A stretch of DNA of 64,000 nucleotides from Flavobacteriales bacterium (lineage in GTDB: Bacteria > Bacteroidota > Bacteroidia > NS11-12g > UBA9320). Of this stretch, positions 31,801 through 41,567 are shown one piece after another (the first letter of the stretch is position 1; each line of letters starts with the position of its first letter). Location: positions 159,429 to 223,428 of the forward strand of contig JACJZV010000004.1 of NCBI GenBank assembly GCA_020635395.1, written 5' to 3'. A model generated the notes under the pieces. The model worked only from the letters and a program-made list of their open reading frames with translations. It made no database searches and was not told the origin of the DNA. Position numbers and translations under genes: made by a program.

Positions 31801-33743
31801 AATGGGCTCAAATAAACAGCACATCGGACAGTCTAACATTCAACAACGTTGCGGGTACAACGCAGTATAGAGCTGTCATAAAAAATGGTGCCTGCCAATC
31901 AGTTTATTCACCCATAGCTACAATAACAATTCAAAGTGCTTCCAATGCCGGTGTGCTTACCGCCGACCAATCGGAAGTGTGTGAGGGTTCTAACTTTGGA
32001 AACATCATTTTGGATAAATATTTGGGTCAAATAAAAGGATGGCAGATTTATAAAACTGGCACAGGATGGATTGATGATAACTATACTACCGCTCAGAGAA
32101 GTTACACTAACTTAAACGAAACAACGCGTTATAGAGTGGTTGTTCAAAACAGCATTTGTGCCGTGGATACTTCAAACGAAGTGGAAATTAAAGTTTCATT
32201 GAACACCTTATCAGGCAAAATATCGGGCGTTGCAGAAGTTTGTAAAGATGGTGGTATAACCACGCTTAAAATAAACGGACAAACCGGCCAAGTACTTGAT
32301 TGGGAAACAACGGAAAATCTATACTACAATTGGACTTCGTTGGGAAGCGATACTTTAAATTTACCTGTTTCAAACAATGCCACATCTGCCTACTACCGAG
32401 CAATAATTAAAAGCGGCGTTTGCAACCTTGTACATACCGAACCATTTCAGGTTACCTCATTCGAAAAGTCGGATGCCGGAACATTAATGGGAGGCCGAGA
32501 GCTGTGCAATGGGCAAAATGAGGGCTACTTGGAACTTACCAATTATACCGGAAAAATTGTTGATTGGCAAATCGATACTTCGTCAACTTGGAAGCCACTC
32601 GGATTTACTGGAGAATTGTATTGGTACGAAAACTTGGGCAAAAACACACACTATAGAGCCATTGTAAAAAATGGCGTTTGCCCTGCTGATACAGGCAATT
32701 TGGTTCAAATGACTATTAACCCATTGCCAAAATTAGATTTTGTTACCAAAAATTTGTGCCACAATCAAGTCGCTTCCTTTGTGGATATGAGCACTATTTC
32801 GAGTGGCAAAATAGCAAAAAGAAATTGGCAGGTTTCGGATGGTTTTATCGGTAGAGATTCAGCTTTCAGCAAACTGTTTACCACACCCGGAATTTACACT
32901 GTTTTCTTAACTGCCACCACCGACAAGGGTTGTGTGGAAACGCTTGAAAAAAGCATTGTAGTGGGCGAAACTCCAGTAGCGTTCTTCTCATTAGAAAACG
33001 GGGTAAGCCTAAATGCTGCATGTTTAGGAGTAAGCACCAAATTTGTTGACAATACAAATTATTCTTCAAAATCAGAATTAGATTATTTCTGGGATTTTGG
33101 CAACGGAAAAACCTCAACTGCCCAAACTCCTTCTAATTATTATGACACCGCGGGACACTATCCTGTTACGTTGATAACTACTACCCGTCAGGGCTGTTCA
33201 GACACTTTTACCTATAACTTAGAAATCTTGAAACAAAATCCTCCGCAAGTTAAAAACAGCAGCGTGCAAGCCAGCGTAGGTGTAGGTATGCAGCTACAAG
33301 CCAGCGGAAGCGAAAAATACAAGTGGTATCCAGCCCAATTCTTGGATGACCCCACTAGTGCAAAACCTGTTGCCACCGTTACCCAAAACACTCTTTTTGT
33401 GGTAGAGGGCACTGATTACTATGGTTGTAAAAGTATAGATTCTGTATGGGTATATGTTACTGAAGATTTCTTGGTTTTCCCAAACAATGTTATTACACCA
33501 GATCGCAACAATCAAAACGATTATTGGATTGTAAACAACATTGAAAATTATCCAGAAAACAAGGTATCTGTTTTTGACAGATGGGGAAGAGAAGTGTTTA
33601 GCACAAAACATTATCAAAACGATTGGGACGGCACAAACAAAAAAGGCCAATATTTGATGGATGGAACCTATTATTATGTAATAGAATTCGACAATTCAGA
33701 TAAGGTATATAAAGGAGCGATAACCGTAGTAAATAATCAATAA
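28884..33743 (+). CDS. giant cell-surface adhesin-like protein with T9SS type B (gliding-motility-associated) C-terminal domain
   Basis: Start set at ATG 28884 (MQKLSFTRLKVVLLAVVGVILFSSNKVLSQ signal). The N-terminus is DUF2341-like (YRVPIIIDNS...DLRFLNSKG..LPFWIED...VWIRVD...IYMYYGN). It is followed by ten ~87-aa repeats and two PKD-like modules. The C-terminus VFPNNVITPDRNNQNDYW...VFDRWGREVF...WDGTNKKGQYLMDGTYYYVIEF...YKGAITVV fits the type B CTD pattern. Confidence 0.85.
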   Translation: MQKLSFTRLKVVLLAVVGVILFSSNKVLSQPCYSGYQYRVPIIIDNSKNSSLSDFQLMITINSYSLITNGKMQSLGQDLRFLNSKGTYLPFWIEDNTINTSTTNVWIRVDTLHNYTNDTIYMYYGNSTASAASNSQTTFQLMDDFNGSSLSGSWSSCGSGSASVTGGKLNLSSTGGSIAIKSSTGFTGSLLVELLGVNYASGNLIAGQINTSDYGYGILHNGSTVQMNTLAPNSGCYAWSGFGSTNSTSIGSKLSFVWSGSTQIANWSTSGMTTTNSTNSSTTYQRGFVSLSGSAGSVQIDQIRIRKYAVNTPSYSISNEQNMNYTISATYSTPLCEGGNLFLQVNSITGAKYSWTGPNGFTSKLQNPQITGVKQTDGGRYDLTVEIPNGCASKSSSVNVNVSAKAVGGTISGTQTVCPNSNAGQLSLSGHTGNVQRWDSAHSSTGPWYPIKNTGLNQAYLNLSATTYYRAIVANGNCSVDSSSIATITVTPPSDGGYIDGAATVCASANSGIVTVKSYVGNILRWQSSLNGNLWTDIVNKGANHSYNNLAQSTHFRAVVQNGNCDVAFSTPALITVDQPTLGGYVDGSASVCSGSNSGWLVLKNYRGSVLSWEYSLTGSTIWYAVSNTTDSLKYQNITLSTQYRAVLKNNTCNVEVSTPATLAIVGQSASGTLSGGKEVCASGNSGVMNLANYTGKIVKWQYNTPNATWTDISHTADVYYFSSLSDTTNYRVIVANGSCQADTSNVQTILVNPVSNGGYIDGDDLICVSSGKASIELKSWVGDIEDWQTSTSGYAPWISTNKTSSTITLDTIKANCYVRAIVKSGVCQSQNSTIYKITVSSLSDAGKISNDINLCKGSNYGVIKISNYSGDVVKWQTSTSTTGGWSDVFRNTDRYDVQNIDTSEYVRAIVQNGVCPSDTSDVAAIIVHEYSDGGNIFGDTIFCSSTNNGIVTLANITGVVNHWEYSTNLGGKWAQINSTSDSLTFNNVAGTTQYRAVIKNGACQSVYSPIATITIQSASNAGVLTADQSEVCEGSNFGNIILDKYLGQIKGWQIYKTGTGWIDDNYTTAQRSYTNLNETTRYRVVVQNSICAVDTSNEVEIKVSLNTLSGKISGVAEVCKDGGITTLKINGQTGQVLDWETTENLYYNWTSLGSDTLNLPVSNNATSAYYRAIIKSGVCNLVHTEPFQVTSFEKSDAGTLMGGRELCNGQNEGYLELTNYTGKIVDWQIDTSSTWKPLGFTGELYWYENLGKNTHYRAIVKNGVCPADTGNLVQMTINPLPKLDFVTKNLCHNQVASFVDMSTISSGKIAKRNWQVSDGFIGRDSAFSKLFTTPGIYTVFLTATTDKGCVETLEKSIVVGETPVAFFSLENGVSLNAACLGVSTKFVDNTNYSSKSELDYFWDFGNGKTSTAQTPSNYYDTAGHYPVTLITTTRQGCSDTFTYNLEILKQNPPQVKNSSVQASVGVGMQLQASGSEKYKWYPAQFLDDPTSAKPVATVTQNTLFVVEGTDYYGCKSIDSVWVYVTEDFLVFPNNVITPDRNNQNDYWIVNNIENYPENKVSVFDRWGREVFSTKHYQNDWDGTNKKGQYLMDGTYYYVIEFDNSDKVYKGAITVVNNQ
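30093..32720 (+). repeat. ten tandem ~87-aa protein repeats inside the adhesin gene (divergent at DNA level)
   Basis: Each unit follows GG.I.G...VC.g.N.G.l.L.ny.G.i..Wq.S....W..i......y.nl...T.YRAiV.nG.C....S....i.V. I counted ten units from AKAVGGTISG (30093) to LVQMTIN (32720). Confidence 0.8.
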
Positions 33744-33761
33744 AATATTAAAATTAAGAAA

Positions 33762-35759
33762 ATGAAAACAAGACTTATAACACTCATATTTGTTGGTTTA
33801 TCTACCTTTAGCATAGGTTTAGCCCAACAAACCGCTTTGGTCAATCATTACAACATCAACCGATTTTTGATAAATCCGGCAAATGCTGGAACCAACGGTA
33901 ACAGTCTATTTATTTTAAACAGAAATCAGTGGGTGGATGTGGAAGGTGCACCCGAAACTTTTATTGGCACATTTGATGGCTCGGTGGGCAGCACCAACAT
34001 AGCCTACGGTGTAACGGTAATGAACGATATTGTTAACATTGTTGGCAAAACCGGAGTTTTTGGAACATACGCCTATAAATTGCCAATCAAAGAATCCATG
34101 AGTCTTCGATTTGGCTTGTCTGTAGGTTTTGAGCAAAACAAACTGCTATTTGACCGAGTTAATGCACAAAATCCATTAGAAGTTACTTTGATAAACAACA
34201 TTGAGCAGCAATCAAATTTTGATGCAAACAGCGGAATAGCGTTCAATGCAAAAAATCTAAACTTGGGCATTGCTGCCTATCAATTGTTCGCCAATCAAGA
34301 TATGTTTTCAGATGAATTGCGACATGCCGATTACAGTTTCAGCTTTGTTAAACACTACACAGGCAGTGCCTCATATAAGTTCTTTTTAGAAGAAAACAAG
34401 CTTAGCCTCGACCCAACCGTGGTGGTTCGATTTGCAAAACAGGTAAATCCTCAAATGGATTATAATCTGTTGTTAAATTGGAAAGATATGGCATGGATTG
34501 GCGGTGGATACAGAACCGGATATGGTGCCAATTTTATGGCTGGTGGGGTTTTTGGAAGTCGCTTGTTGGGTAGCTACTCGTATGGACGGTCAATTGGTCC
34601 GATACAACGTTTAAGTGTCAATTCACATGAAATTATGTTGGGTTACAAATTTAACGGCATCGTTTCGCGAGATGGCGACAAGGACGGAGTAAGCGATGAA
34701 TTGGATAAAGAACCCAACACTCCTGAAGGCTGCCCTGTGAATATTTATGGTATTGCATTGGATGATGATATTGACGGTGTGCCTAACTGCAAAGATTTAG
34801 AACTCGACACCCGTTTTGGAGCCCCAGTTGACGAAAATGGTATTGCCCTTGACGGAGACAAAGACGGAGTGATAGACCTTTTAGACCACGAGTTGAACAC
34901 ACCCGAAGGCTGCCCAGTTGACAAACTTGGGGTATCTACAGATACAGACCATGATGGTGTACCTGATTGCCGAGACAAACAAATAAACTCACCTTTTGGG
35001 GCAAAAGTGGATGCCGATGGTGTGGCCTTAGATAGTGACAATGATGGAGTGTATGACATTTATGATTTAGAACCACTTACGCCACATCAAAAACATATAA
35101 ATTCTGCTGAACCGGTTGATGCCAGTCAATGTATTGTTGATGAACACGGTATTGCCAAAGACACAGACCTTGATGGAGTACCAGATTGCATTGATCTTGA
35201 AATGAACACTCCAAAAGGTGCAATGGTGGATGCTTATGGCCGTGCACTAGATACTGATGGAGATGGCTATCCAGATGGAATTGACCACGAGATAAACTCT
35301 CCAAAAGGGGCAAAAGTAGATAACTATGGTGTGGCACTTCCCAGTCCAAATATGCTTGATGACGATGGTGATGGAATACCTAACGCTATCGACCTTGAGC
35401 CAAATACGCCCAAAGGAACACCAGTTGATGACCAAGGCCGAGCACTAATCAATCCTGCAATGGTTAATAGGTTAGACATAAAAGATATGGATGACAATTC
35501 AACCGAATGGGATTATTACATGGTGGTTGGTGTGTTTCAATTTGAAAGCAACTTAAAAGGATACCGTGCCAAATTAGAAACAAAATATGGTGTAAAAACA
35601 CAAGTGCTTCAAACCGAGGCCGGATATTATTATGTATGGACCAAAATTGTTGTTACCAAAGAACAGGCCTACGCAGAAAACGACAGGTTGTTGGCCACCA
35701 ATCTTTCTGAGTATATTGTGGGCAACCCATGGCTTTGGAAAGAGCCAAAAAAGAAATGA
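33762..35759 (+). CDS. PorP/SprF family T9SS membrane protein with C-terminal TSP3-repeat and SPOR-like extension
   Basis: N-terminal ~300 aa: signal peptide, then AQQTALVNHYNINRFLINPANAG...NRNQWVDVEGAPETF ... HEIMLGYKF (PorP/SprF pattern). From 34671 there are about nine D.D.DG(V/I)(P/S/Y)D...P.G..VD..G Ca-binding repeats. The last ~85 aa (WDYYMVVGVFQFESNLKGYRAKLETKYGVKTQVLQTEAGYYYVWTKIVVTKEQA) look like a SPOR fold. The gene starts 18 nt after the type-B-CTD gene. Confidence 0.8.
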   Translation: MKTRLITLIFVGLSTFSIGLAQQTALVNHYNINRFLINPANAGTNGNSLFILNRNQWVDVEGAPETFIGTFDGSVGSTNIAYGVTVMNDIVNIVGKTGVFGTYAYKLPIKESMSLRFGLSVGFEQNKLLFDRVNAQNPLEVTLINNIEQQSNFDANSGIAFNAKNLNLGIAAYQLFANQDMFSDELRHADYSFSFVKHYTGSASYKFFLEENKLSLDPTVVVRFAKQVNPQMDYNLLLNWKDMAWIGGGYRTGYGANFMAGGVFGSRLLGSYSYGRSIGPIQRLSVNSHEIMLGYKFNGIVSRDGDKDGVSDELDKEPNTPEGCPVNIYGIALDDDIDGVPNCKDLELDTRFGAPVDENGIALDGDKDGVIDLLDHELNTPEGCPVDKLGVSTDTDHDGVPDCRDKQINSPFGAKVDADGVALDSDNDGVYDIYDLEPLTPHQKHINSAEPVDASQCIVDEHGIAKDTDLDGVPDCIDLEMNTPKGAMVDAYGRALDTDGDGYPDGIDHEINSPKGAKVDNYGVALPSPNMLDDDGDGIPNAIDLEPNTPKGTPVDDQGRALINPAMVNRLDIKDMDDNSTEWDYYMVVGVFQFESNLKGYRAKLETKYGVKTQVLQTEAGYYYVWTKIVVTKEQAYAENDRLLATNLSEYIVGNPWLWKEPKKK

Positions 35760-35792
35760 TGAAACAATACAAAACACTACAAAATTGATGCA

Positions 35793-35823
35793 AAGGCGAG
35801 GTTAATAACCTCGCCTTTTTTTT
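35793..35823 (+). terminator. rho-independent terminator after the adhesin-PorP/SprF pair
   Basis: AAGGCGAGG-ttaataa-CCTCGCCTT perfect 9-bp stem followed by T8. Confidence 0.7.
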
Positions 35824-35911
35824 GCAACCTTGCGTAAGGTATATCGCATGGGTTAATTGATTTAAAGCTAAAAACCTATCTATAAAATTAATAAACTAAA
35901 AACCAAATTAT

Positions 35912-35919
35912 TAACTTTG
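35912..35919 (+). promoter_or_regulatory. candidate -7 promoter box for aconitase gene
   Basis: TAACTTTG (TAnnTTTG) ending 19 nt before the ATG at 35939. Confidence 0.35.
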
Positions 35920-35938
35920 CCACCCTAATAAAAAAGAC

Positions 35939-38200
35939 ATGGCATTCGACATAAACCTCATCAAAGAAGTATATTCAAACATCGCCGAAAGAGTTACTGC
36001 TGCCCGCCACTTGGTTGGCCGACCATTGACCCTTAGCGAAAAAATACTTTACGCTCACCTGTGGGATAAACTGCCCGAAAAGGCTTTTGAACGAGGCAAG
36101 TCGTATGTTGACTTTGCCCCCGACCGCGTGGCCTGTCAAGACGCAACCGCTCAAATGGCTTTGCTACAATTTATGCAGGCCGGAAAAAAGAAAGTGGCAG
36201 TGCCAACCACTGTGCATTGCGACCACCTTATTCAGGCAAAAATTGGAGCAACCGAAGATTTGCAAGCGGCTTTAAATTCGAGTAACGAGGTTTTCAATTT
36301 CTTGGAATCTGTTTCTAACAAATACGGCATCGGTTTTTGGAAACCCGGAGCAGGAATTATTCATCAGGTTGTGTTGGAAAACTACGCTTTTCCGGGCGGT
36401 ATGATGATTGGAACCGACTCTCACACGGTTAATGCCGGAGGTTTAGGCATGGTGGCAATAGGTGTTGGTGGTGCCGATGCGGTGGATGTGATGGCCGGAA
36501 TGGCTTGGGAGCTAAAATTTCCAAAACTTATAGGTGTAAAACTTACCGGAAAACTGAGTGGTTGGACTTCACCTAAAGATGTGATTTTAAAAGTGGCTGG
36601 AATTCTTACTGTGAAAGGTGGCACAGGCTGCATTGTTGAATATTTTGGGGAAGGTGCAAAATCGTTGTCTTGTACCGGAAAAGGCACTATCTGCAACATG
36701 GGAGCCGAAATTGGGGCAACAACTTCCACCTTTGGGTATGATGAAAGTATGGAACGATACCTTCGAGCCACCGACCGAGCCGATGTGGCCGATGCCGCAA
36801 ATCAGGTAAAAGAACATTTAACCGGAGATGTCGAAGTTTATGCCACCCCTGAACAATATTTCGACCAAGTGATTGAGATAAATTTATCCGAACTAAAACC
36901 ACATTTGAATGGCCCTTTCACCCCCGACTTGGCAACTCCGGTTGGCGAAATGACCGAAAAAGCCATTGCCAACGGCTGGCCACTAAATGTTGAGTGGGGT
37001 TTGATTGGTTCTTGCACAAACTCTTCTTATGAAGATTTGTCGCGTGCAGCCTCTATTGCAAAACAAGCAATAGACAAAGGCTTGGTTACAAAAGCCGAAT
37101 TCGGCATAAACCCGGGTTCAGAACAGGTTCGTTTTACCGCAGAGCGAGACGGCCTTTTAAAAATATTTGAAGATTTGAATGCCCGCATTTTTACCAATGC
37201 CTGTGGCCCGTGTATTGGCCAATGGGAACGTGCCGGAGCAGATAAAAAAGAGAAAAACACCATCGTTCACTCGTTCAACAGAAACTTTAGCAAACGTGCC
37301 GACGGAAACCCCAACACACATGCCTTTGTAACTTCACCAGAAATGGTGGCAGCCTTAGCCATTGCCGGAAAACTTGATTTTAATCCGATGACCGACAAAT
37401 TGACAAACGCCAATGGTGAAGAAGTGATGTTGGATGAGCCAACCGGATGGGAATTACCTCCAAAAGGTTTTGACGTAAAAGACAACGGCTATTTAGAACC
37501 GATGGCCGATGGCTCGGGTGTGGAGGTAGTTGTTGCCCCTGACTCAAAACGATTGCAGTTGTTGGAACCATTTGCAGCTTGGGATGGAAAAAATATAAAC
37601 GGAGCAAAACTTTTAATAAAGGTAAAAGGCAAATGCACCACCGATCATATTTCAATGGCCGGCCCGTGGTTGACCTATCGTGGACACTTAGATAATATTT
37701 CGAACAACTGTTTGATTGGGGCAGTAAATGCTTTCAACGACAAAACGGATGAGGTTTACAACCCTCTTAGTGGCAATTACGAAAGTGTTCCAAAAGTGGC
37801 ACGAATGATTAAAGCCGCCGGAGAATACTCTGTCGTGGTGGGCGAAGAAAACTACGGCGAAGGCTCATCTCGGGAACATGCGGCCATGGAACCTCGACAC
37901 TTGGCTGTACGTGCTGTTATTGTAAAGTCTTTTGCACGTATTCACGAAACAAACCTTAAAAAACAAGGTATGCTGGCGTTGACTTTTGCCAACCCCGCCG
38001 ACTATGACAAAATACAGGAAAAAGACACGTTTGACATTGCCTTAAACGAATTTGCCCCCGGCAAACAAATGACTATCACTTTGCATCACACCGATGGAGC
38101 ATCGGAAAGTTTTATGGTAAATCATACCTACAACGATTCTCAAATTGAATGGTTTAAAGCCGGTAGTGCATTGAATTTGATAAAACTGATGGAGAAGTAG
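35939..38200 (+). CDS. acnA: aconitate hydratase (monomeric ~750-aa type)
   Basis: 753 aa with [27 protein letters not shown] and [10 protein letters not shown] Fe-S ligand motifs. Confidence 0.92.
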   Translation: MAFDINLIKEVYSNIAERVTAARHLVGRPLTLSEKILYAHLWDKLPEKAFERGKSYVDFAPDRVACQDATAQMALLQFMQAGKKKVAVPTTVHCDHLIQAKIGATEDLQAALNSSNEVFNFLESVSNKYGIGFWKPGAGIIHQVVLENYAFPGGMMIGTDSHTVNAGGLGMVAIGVGGADAVDVMAGMAWELKFPKLIGVKLTGKLSGWTSPKDVILKVAGILTVKGGTGCIVEYFGEGAKSLSCTGKGTICNMGAEIGATTSTFGYDESMERYLRATDRADVADAANQVKEHLTGDVEVYATPEQYFDQVIEINLSELKPHLNGPFTPDLATPVGEMTEKAIANGWPLNVEWGLIGSCTNSSYEDLSRAASIAKQAIDKGLVTKAEFGINPGSEQVRFTAERDGLLKIFEDLNARIFTNACGPCIGQWERAGADKKEKNTIVHSFNRNFSKRADGNPNTHAFVTSPEMVAALAIAGKLDFNPMTDKLTNANGEEVMLDEPTGWELPPKGFDVKDNGYLEPMADGSGVEVVVAPDSKRLQLLEPFAAWDGKNINGAKLLIKVKGKCTTDHISMAGPWLTYRGHLDNISNNCLIGAVNAFNDKTDEVYNPLSGNYESVPKVARMIKAAGEYSVVVGEENYGEGSSREHAAMEPRHLAVRAVIVKSFARIHETNLKKQGMLALTFANPADYDKIQEKDTFDIALNEFAPGKQMTITLHHTDGASESFMVNHTYNDSQIEWFKAGSALNLIKLMEK

Positions 38201-38643
38201 GGAAATAGTTCATAGACTAATTTTCTGCTGATAATAGTTCTCACTTAGTTTTTACTTCTACCAAAAAATTCATTTTGTCATGGTACAAAATGAGGTAACT
38301 TTTCCATACATGGTCAAAGTTGTTTATCATTTTAATGAATTAAATTGGCATTTAATTAAAAACCAACATAATCAAAAAATTAACAACATGACAATCAAGC
38401 ACTTACACAAAAAATTAACAAAATTTTACCGTGTATTTCCCAAATCCAAAAGGTATTTACGAGAGCATCAAAGATTTGGCAACAGACAAAAACTTTGTCA
38501 TTACCCCAAGCTCAAGAACCTTTTCTTTGGATGAAAAATTGACGGTTGCAAGCCTTCAAAACGTTGTTAGCGATTTTTTAAAAGACATCTAATTAAAAAG
38601 ACTTTGTAAAAATGGTCTAATTTTACAGCCAAAATTCAGAATT

Positions 38644-39066
38644 ATGGGACTTAGAGAAATAATGCTTATTCTTCATTTCATTGGTTTGGCCATGGGTGTA
38701 GGAACCAGCTTTGCTATGTTATTTTCAAACATTTCATCAAAGAAAATGGATAAAACCACCGCCAATGATTTTATGCTAAAAATGGGTGGAGCGTTGAGCA
38801 AAATGGGGCTTATCGGCATCTTTATATTGATTGGATCCGGCTCCATTTTAATGATGGAGACCGCCGCTTGGAAAGGCGACCACTGGTTTTACACAAAACT
38901 TCTGTTAGTCTTAATTCTTACCGGTTTAGCTCACGTTATTCCTGCAAACATCAAAAAAGCCCAAAAAGGAGATGAAAAGGCATTGGCCAAAGCCGAAAAA
39001 ATTGGTAAAATTTCATTTTCGCTGGCTCTGCTGATTATCATTTTGGCTGTAAGCATCTTTAAATAA
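38644..39066 (+). CDS. hypothetical integral membrane protein (4 predicted TM helices)
   Basis: 140 aa with four hydrophobic stretches (IMLILHFIGLAMGVG, LIGIFILIGSGSILM, LLLVLILTGLAHV, FSLALLIIILAVSIF). No family assigned. Confidence 0.55.
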   Translation: MGLREIMLILHFIGLAMGVGTSFAMLFSNISSKKMDKTTANDFMLKMGGALSKMGLIGIFILIGSGSILMMETAAWKGDHWFYTKLLLVLILTGLAHVIPANIKKAQKGDEKALAKAEKIGKISFSLALLIIILAVSIFK

Positions 39067-39071
39067 GCATT

Positions 39072-40736
39072 TTGCAAACTCGACTTTTACTTCTTGCTCT
39101 CCCCCTTTTATTTTTGGTTGGATGCAAACATGGCAACCAGGAGAAACCTTTAAACCGTTTTTCCGACCCAAAACTTAAAAAAATATACCAGTTGCAAGAT
39201 AAAAGGGATACAAAATCTTTGATTCCATTATTAATTGCCAAAAACCCTGCCCACCGAGAGGCGGCAGCCTTGGCCTTTGCATCGTTTAAAGATTCTACGG
39301 CAGCCGGATTTTTAAAACGGTCACTTTTGACGGATAGTGAATGGATTGTGCGTAGAGCAGCGGCCTATTCTATTGGCCAGCAATATGATTCGGCCAACGC
39401 CAATTTGCTTTTTGAAGCTTTAAAAATAGAACAAAATCCGGTGGTGATTGGCTATATTGTGGAGGCATTGGGCAAATCAGCTAATGAAAAAGCACTCGAT
39501 TATATCTCTAAAATAAAATCGGACAACGAACAAATAAAACTGGGACAGGCAAAGGCACTATGTCGTGCAATATGGATGGGTAAAAAACCAACAACATTTG
39601 TACAAATTGGTATTTCGTTTTTTGAAAAAGAAACATCAAATGAGGCAAGGCTTTATGCTGCAACGGCTCTTTCGCGAATGCGAAAAGAAATTACACCCTC
39701 CGATTCAATAAAAATTAAAAACATACTAACCTCTGCTCAATTAGAACCCGAAACAGAAAGATTACTGAAAACGATTGTTGAACCTAAAAAAGCATCTGAA
39801 GAAATAACCTGGTTTGATTTTAAACGTCAATTGCCTGAGCTTCAAAAAAATCCATATAAACTGGCTAAATCGTTAAACGACTTGGTTACTAATTTGCCAA
39901 ATCTTCGATATAAGGAAATGGCATTTAATCCACAATCAGCAGTGGCGGACACACTGTATAACTGGACATTCCACCACCGATATCAAATTGTGCGAACCAC
40001 GGCTTGCGAATATTACATCAATCATTTTTTGATGAATGGCAACATTCCATCTACCCAATATTTAACCGAATGTATTGCCAGTCGTGATATGGCCTTGCAA
40101 AGTTTGGCCGTAAATCAAATTGCAAAAGATTCGTTGGCAGAATTTGCAGGTTTTTTAAAAAAATACCAAGATTCGCTTTCAATGCCCGCCCAAATAGAAA
40201 CATTCATTGATTTTGAAAAAGCCATTTGCAAGCTCGAAAACAGAAAATACAAAGCCCCTAACCCAGCTCCAACCCACAAAATTGATTGGAACTATGTAAA
40301 GCAAATTCCCGATAGTCAGCGGGTTGAAATAAAAACTACAAAAGGAGATATTGAGCTTTTGCTTTTTGTAAACGATGCACCGGGAACGGTTTACAATTTC
40401 TTAAAAGCAGCAGAGGATGGTTTTTACAACGACAAGTTTTTTCATCGGGTTGTTCCGAATTTTGTCATTCAAGCCGGATGCCAGCGAGGTGACGGATGGG
40501 GCTCGCCCGACTGGACGCAACGCAGTGAATTTTCAAACTATTTGCACTATGAAACCGGCATGGTGGGAATGGCAAGTGCCGGAAATGACACCGAAGGTTT
40601 GCAATTTTTTATTACCCACAACCCTACCCCACTTTTAGAAGGAAGATACTCCATATTTGGAAAAGTAGTTAATGGAATGAACGTGGTAAACTCCATAGAG
40701 GTAGGTGATAAGATTTTAAGCATCAAAAAAATATAG
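39072..40736 (+). CDS. lipoprotein with HEAT-like repeats and C-terminal cyclophilin-type peptidyl-prolyl isomerase domain
   Basis: TTG start. Lipobox LLFLVGC. HEAT-like WIVRRAAAYSIGQ. Cyclophilin motifs FHRVVPNFVIQAG and GMVGMASAGNDTEGLQFFIT...FGKVV.GM.VV. Confidence 0.85.
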   Translation: MQTRLLLLALPLLFLVGCKHGNQEKPLNRFSDPKLKKIYQLQDKRDTKSLIPLLIAKNPAHREAAALAFASFKDSTAAGFLKRSLLTDSEWIVRRAAAYSIGQQYDSANANLLFEALKIEQNPVVIGYIVEALGKSANEKALDYISKIKSDNEQIKLGQAKALCRAIWMGKKPTTFVQIGISFFEKETSNEARLYAATALSRMRKEITPSDSIKIKNILTSAQLEPETERLLKTIVEPKKASEEITWFDFKRQLPELQKNPYKLAKSLNDLVTNLPNLRYKEMAFNPQSAVADTLYNWTFHHRYQIVRTTACEYYINHFLMNGNIPSTQYLTECIASRDMALQSLAVNQIAKDSLAEFAGFLKKYQDSLSMPAQIETFIDFEKAICKLENRKYKAPNPAPTHKIDWNYVKQIPDSQRVEIKTTKGDIELLLFVNDAPGTVYNFLKAAEDGFYNDKFFHRVVPNFVIQAGCQRGDGWGSPDWTQRSEFSNYLHYETGMVGMASAGNDTEGLQFFITHNPTPLLEGRYSIFGKVVNGMNVVNSIEVGDKILSIKKI

Positions 40737-40739
40737 ATT

Positions 40740-41567
40740 TTGAAAAAAACAGTTGCATTACTTTTTTTTAGCCTTTCAACAATAGTTGCAATCTCCCAAA
40801 CAAAATCTACCGACATGAAAGGAAAGTTTTATGCACATTGGGGATGGAATGAAGATTGGTACACAAAATCCGACATACGGTTGCATGGTTCGGATTATGA
40901 TTTCACCCTTTATGATGTAAAGGCAAACGACAGGCAAACCCCTTTTTCGTGGGCTTCCTATTTTTTGATTAATCAAATTTCAATACCACAAACCAATCTT
41001 GATCTTGGTTATTATTTCAAAGAAAACTACAGCATTTCGGCAGGTTTCGACCACATGAAATATGTTATGCCGCAGGATCAAACCGTTGCAATAACAGGGA
41101 ATATAAGCCGAGCTGGAAGCGAATATTCAGGCATATACAACAACGACAGCATCCAACTTACGCGGGAGTTTTTACGCTACGAACACACAAATGGTTTAAA
41201 CTATGTCTTTCTTGAAATAAACCGACACGACCAATGGCTCAATCTGTTCAATTCAAATCTCAAAATTGGCACTTCAATGGGCATTAGCCCTGCTTTGCTG
41301 CGACCTCGAACCGATGTTTGGTTTTTAAGAACACACGGCCCCAATGTGTTTCACAATGCAGGATACGGCATTAATGCAAAACTCGGCTTGAATGTTATTC
41401 TTTGGAAACATTTTAATCTAACTACCGAAATTAAAGGTGGCTATATCAATATGCCCAACATTCGAGCCACGGCAGATAAAGAAGATTTAGCTCAACAACA
41501 TTTTGGTTTTTTGCAGGCCAATTTTCTTATTGGCGGAACGTTTGACTTAATAAAACTTTTCAAATAG
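40740..41567 (+). CDS. hypothetical secreted / outer-membrane protein
   Basis: TTG start, signal peptide MKKTVALLFFSLSTIVAISQ, aromatic-rich alternating pattern. No family recognised. Confidence 0.5.
   Translation: MKKTVALLFFSLSTIVAISQTKSTDMKGKFYAHWGWNEDWYTKSDIRLHGSDYDFTLYDVKANDRQTPFSWASYFLINQISIPQTNLDLGYYFKENYSISAGFDHMKYVMPQDQTVAITGNISRAGSEYSGIYNNDSIQLTREFLRYEHTNGLNYVFLEINRHDQWLNLFNSNLKIGTSMGISPALLRPRTDVWFLRTHGPNVFHNAGYGINAKLGLNVILWKHFNLTTEIKGGYINMPNIRATADKEDLAQQHFGFLQANFLIGGTFDLIKLFK

Noticed and set aside
38280-38534. 84-aa ORF in the aconitase downstream spacer
   Set aside because: It is highly basic and Lys/His-rich (KKLTKFYRVFPKSKRYLREHQRFGNRQK), typical of random translation of AT-rich DNA.
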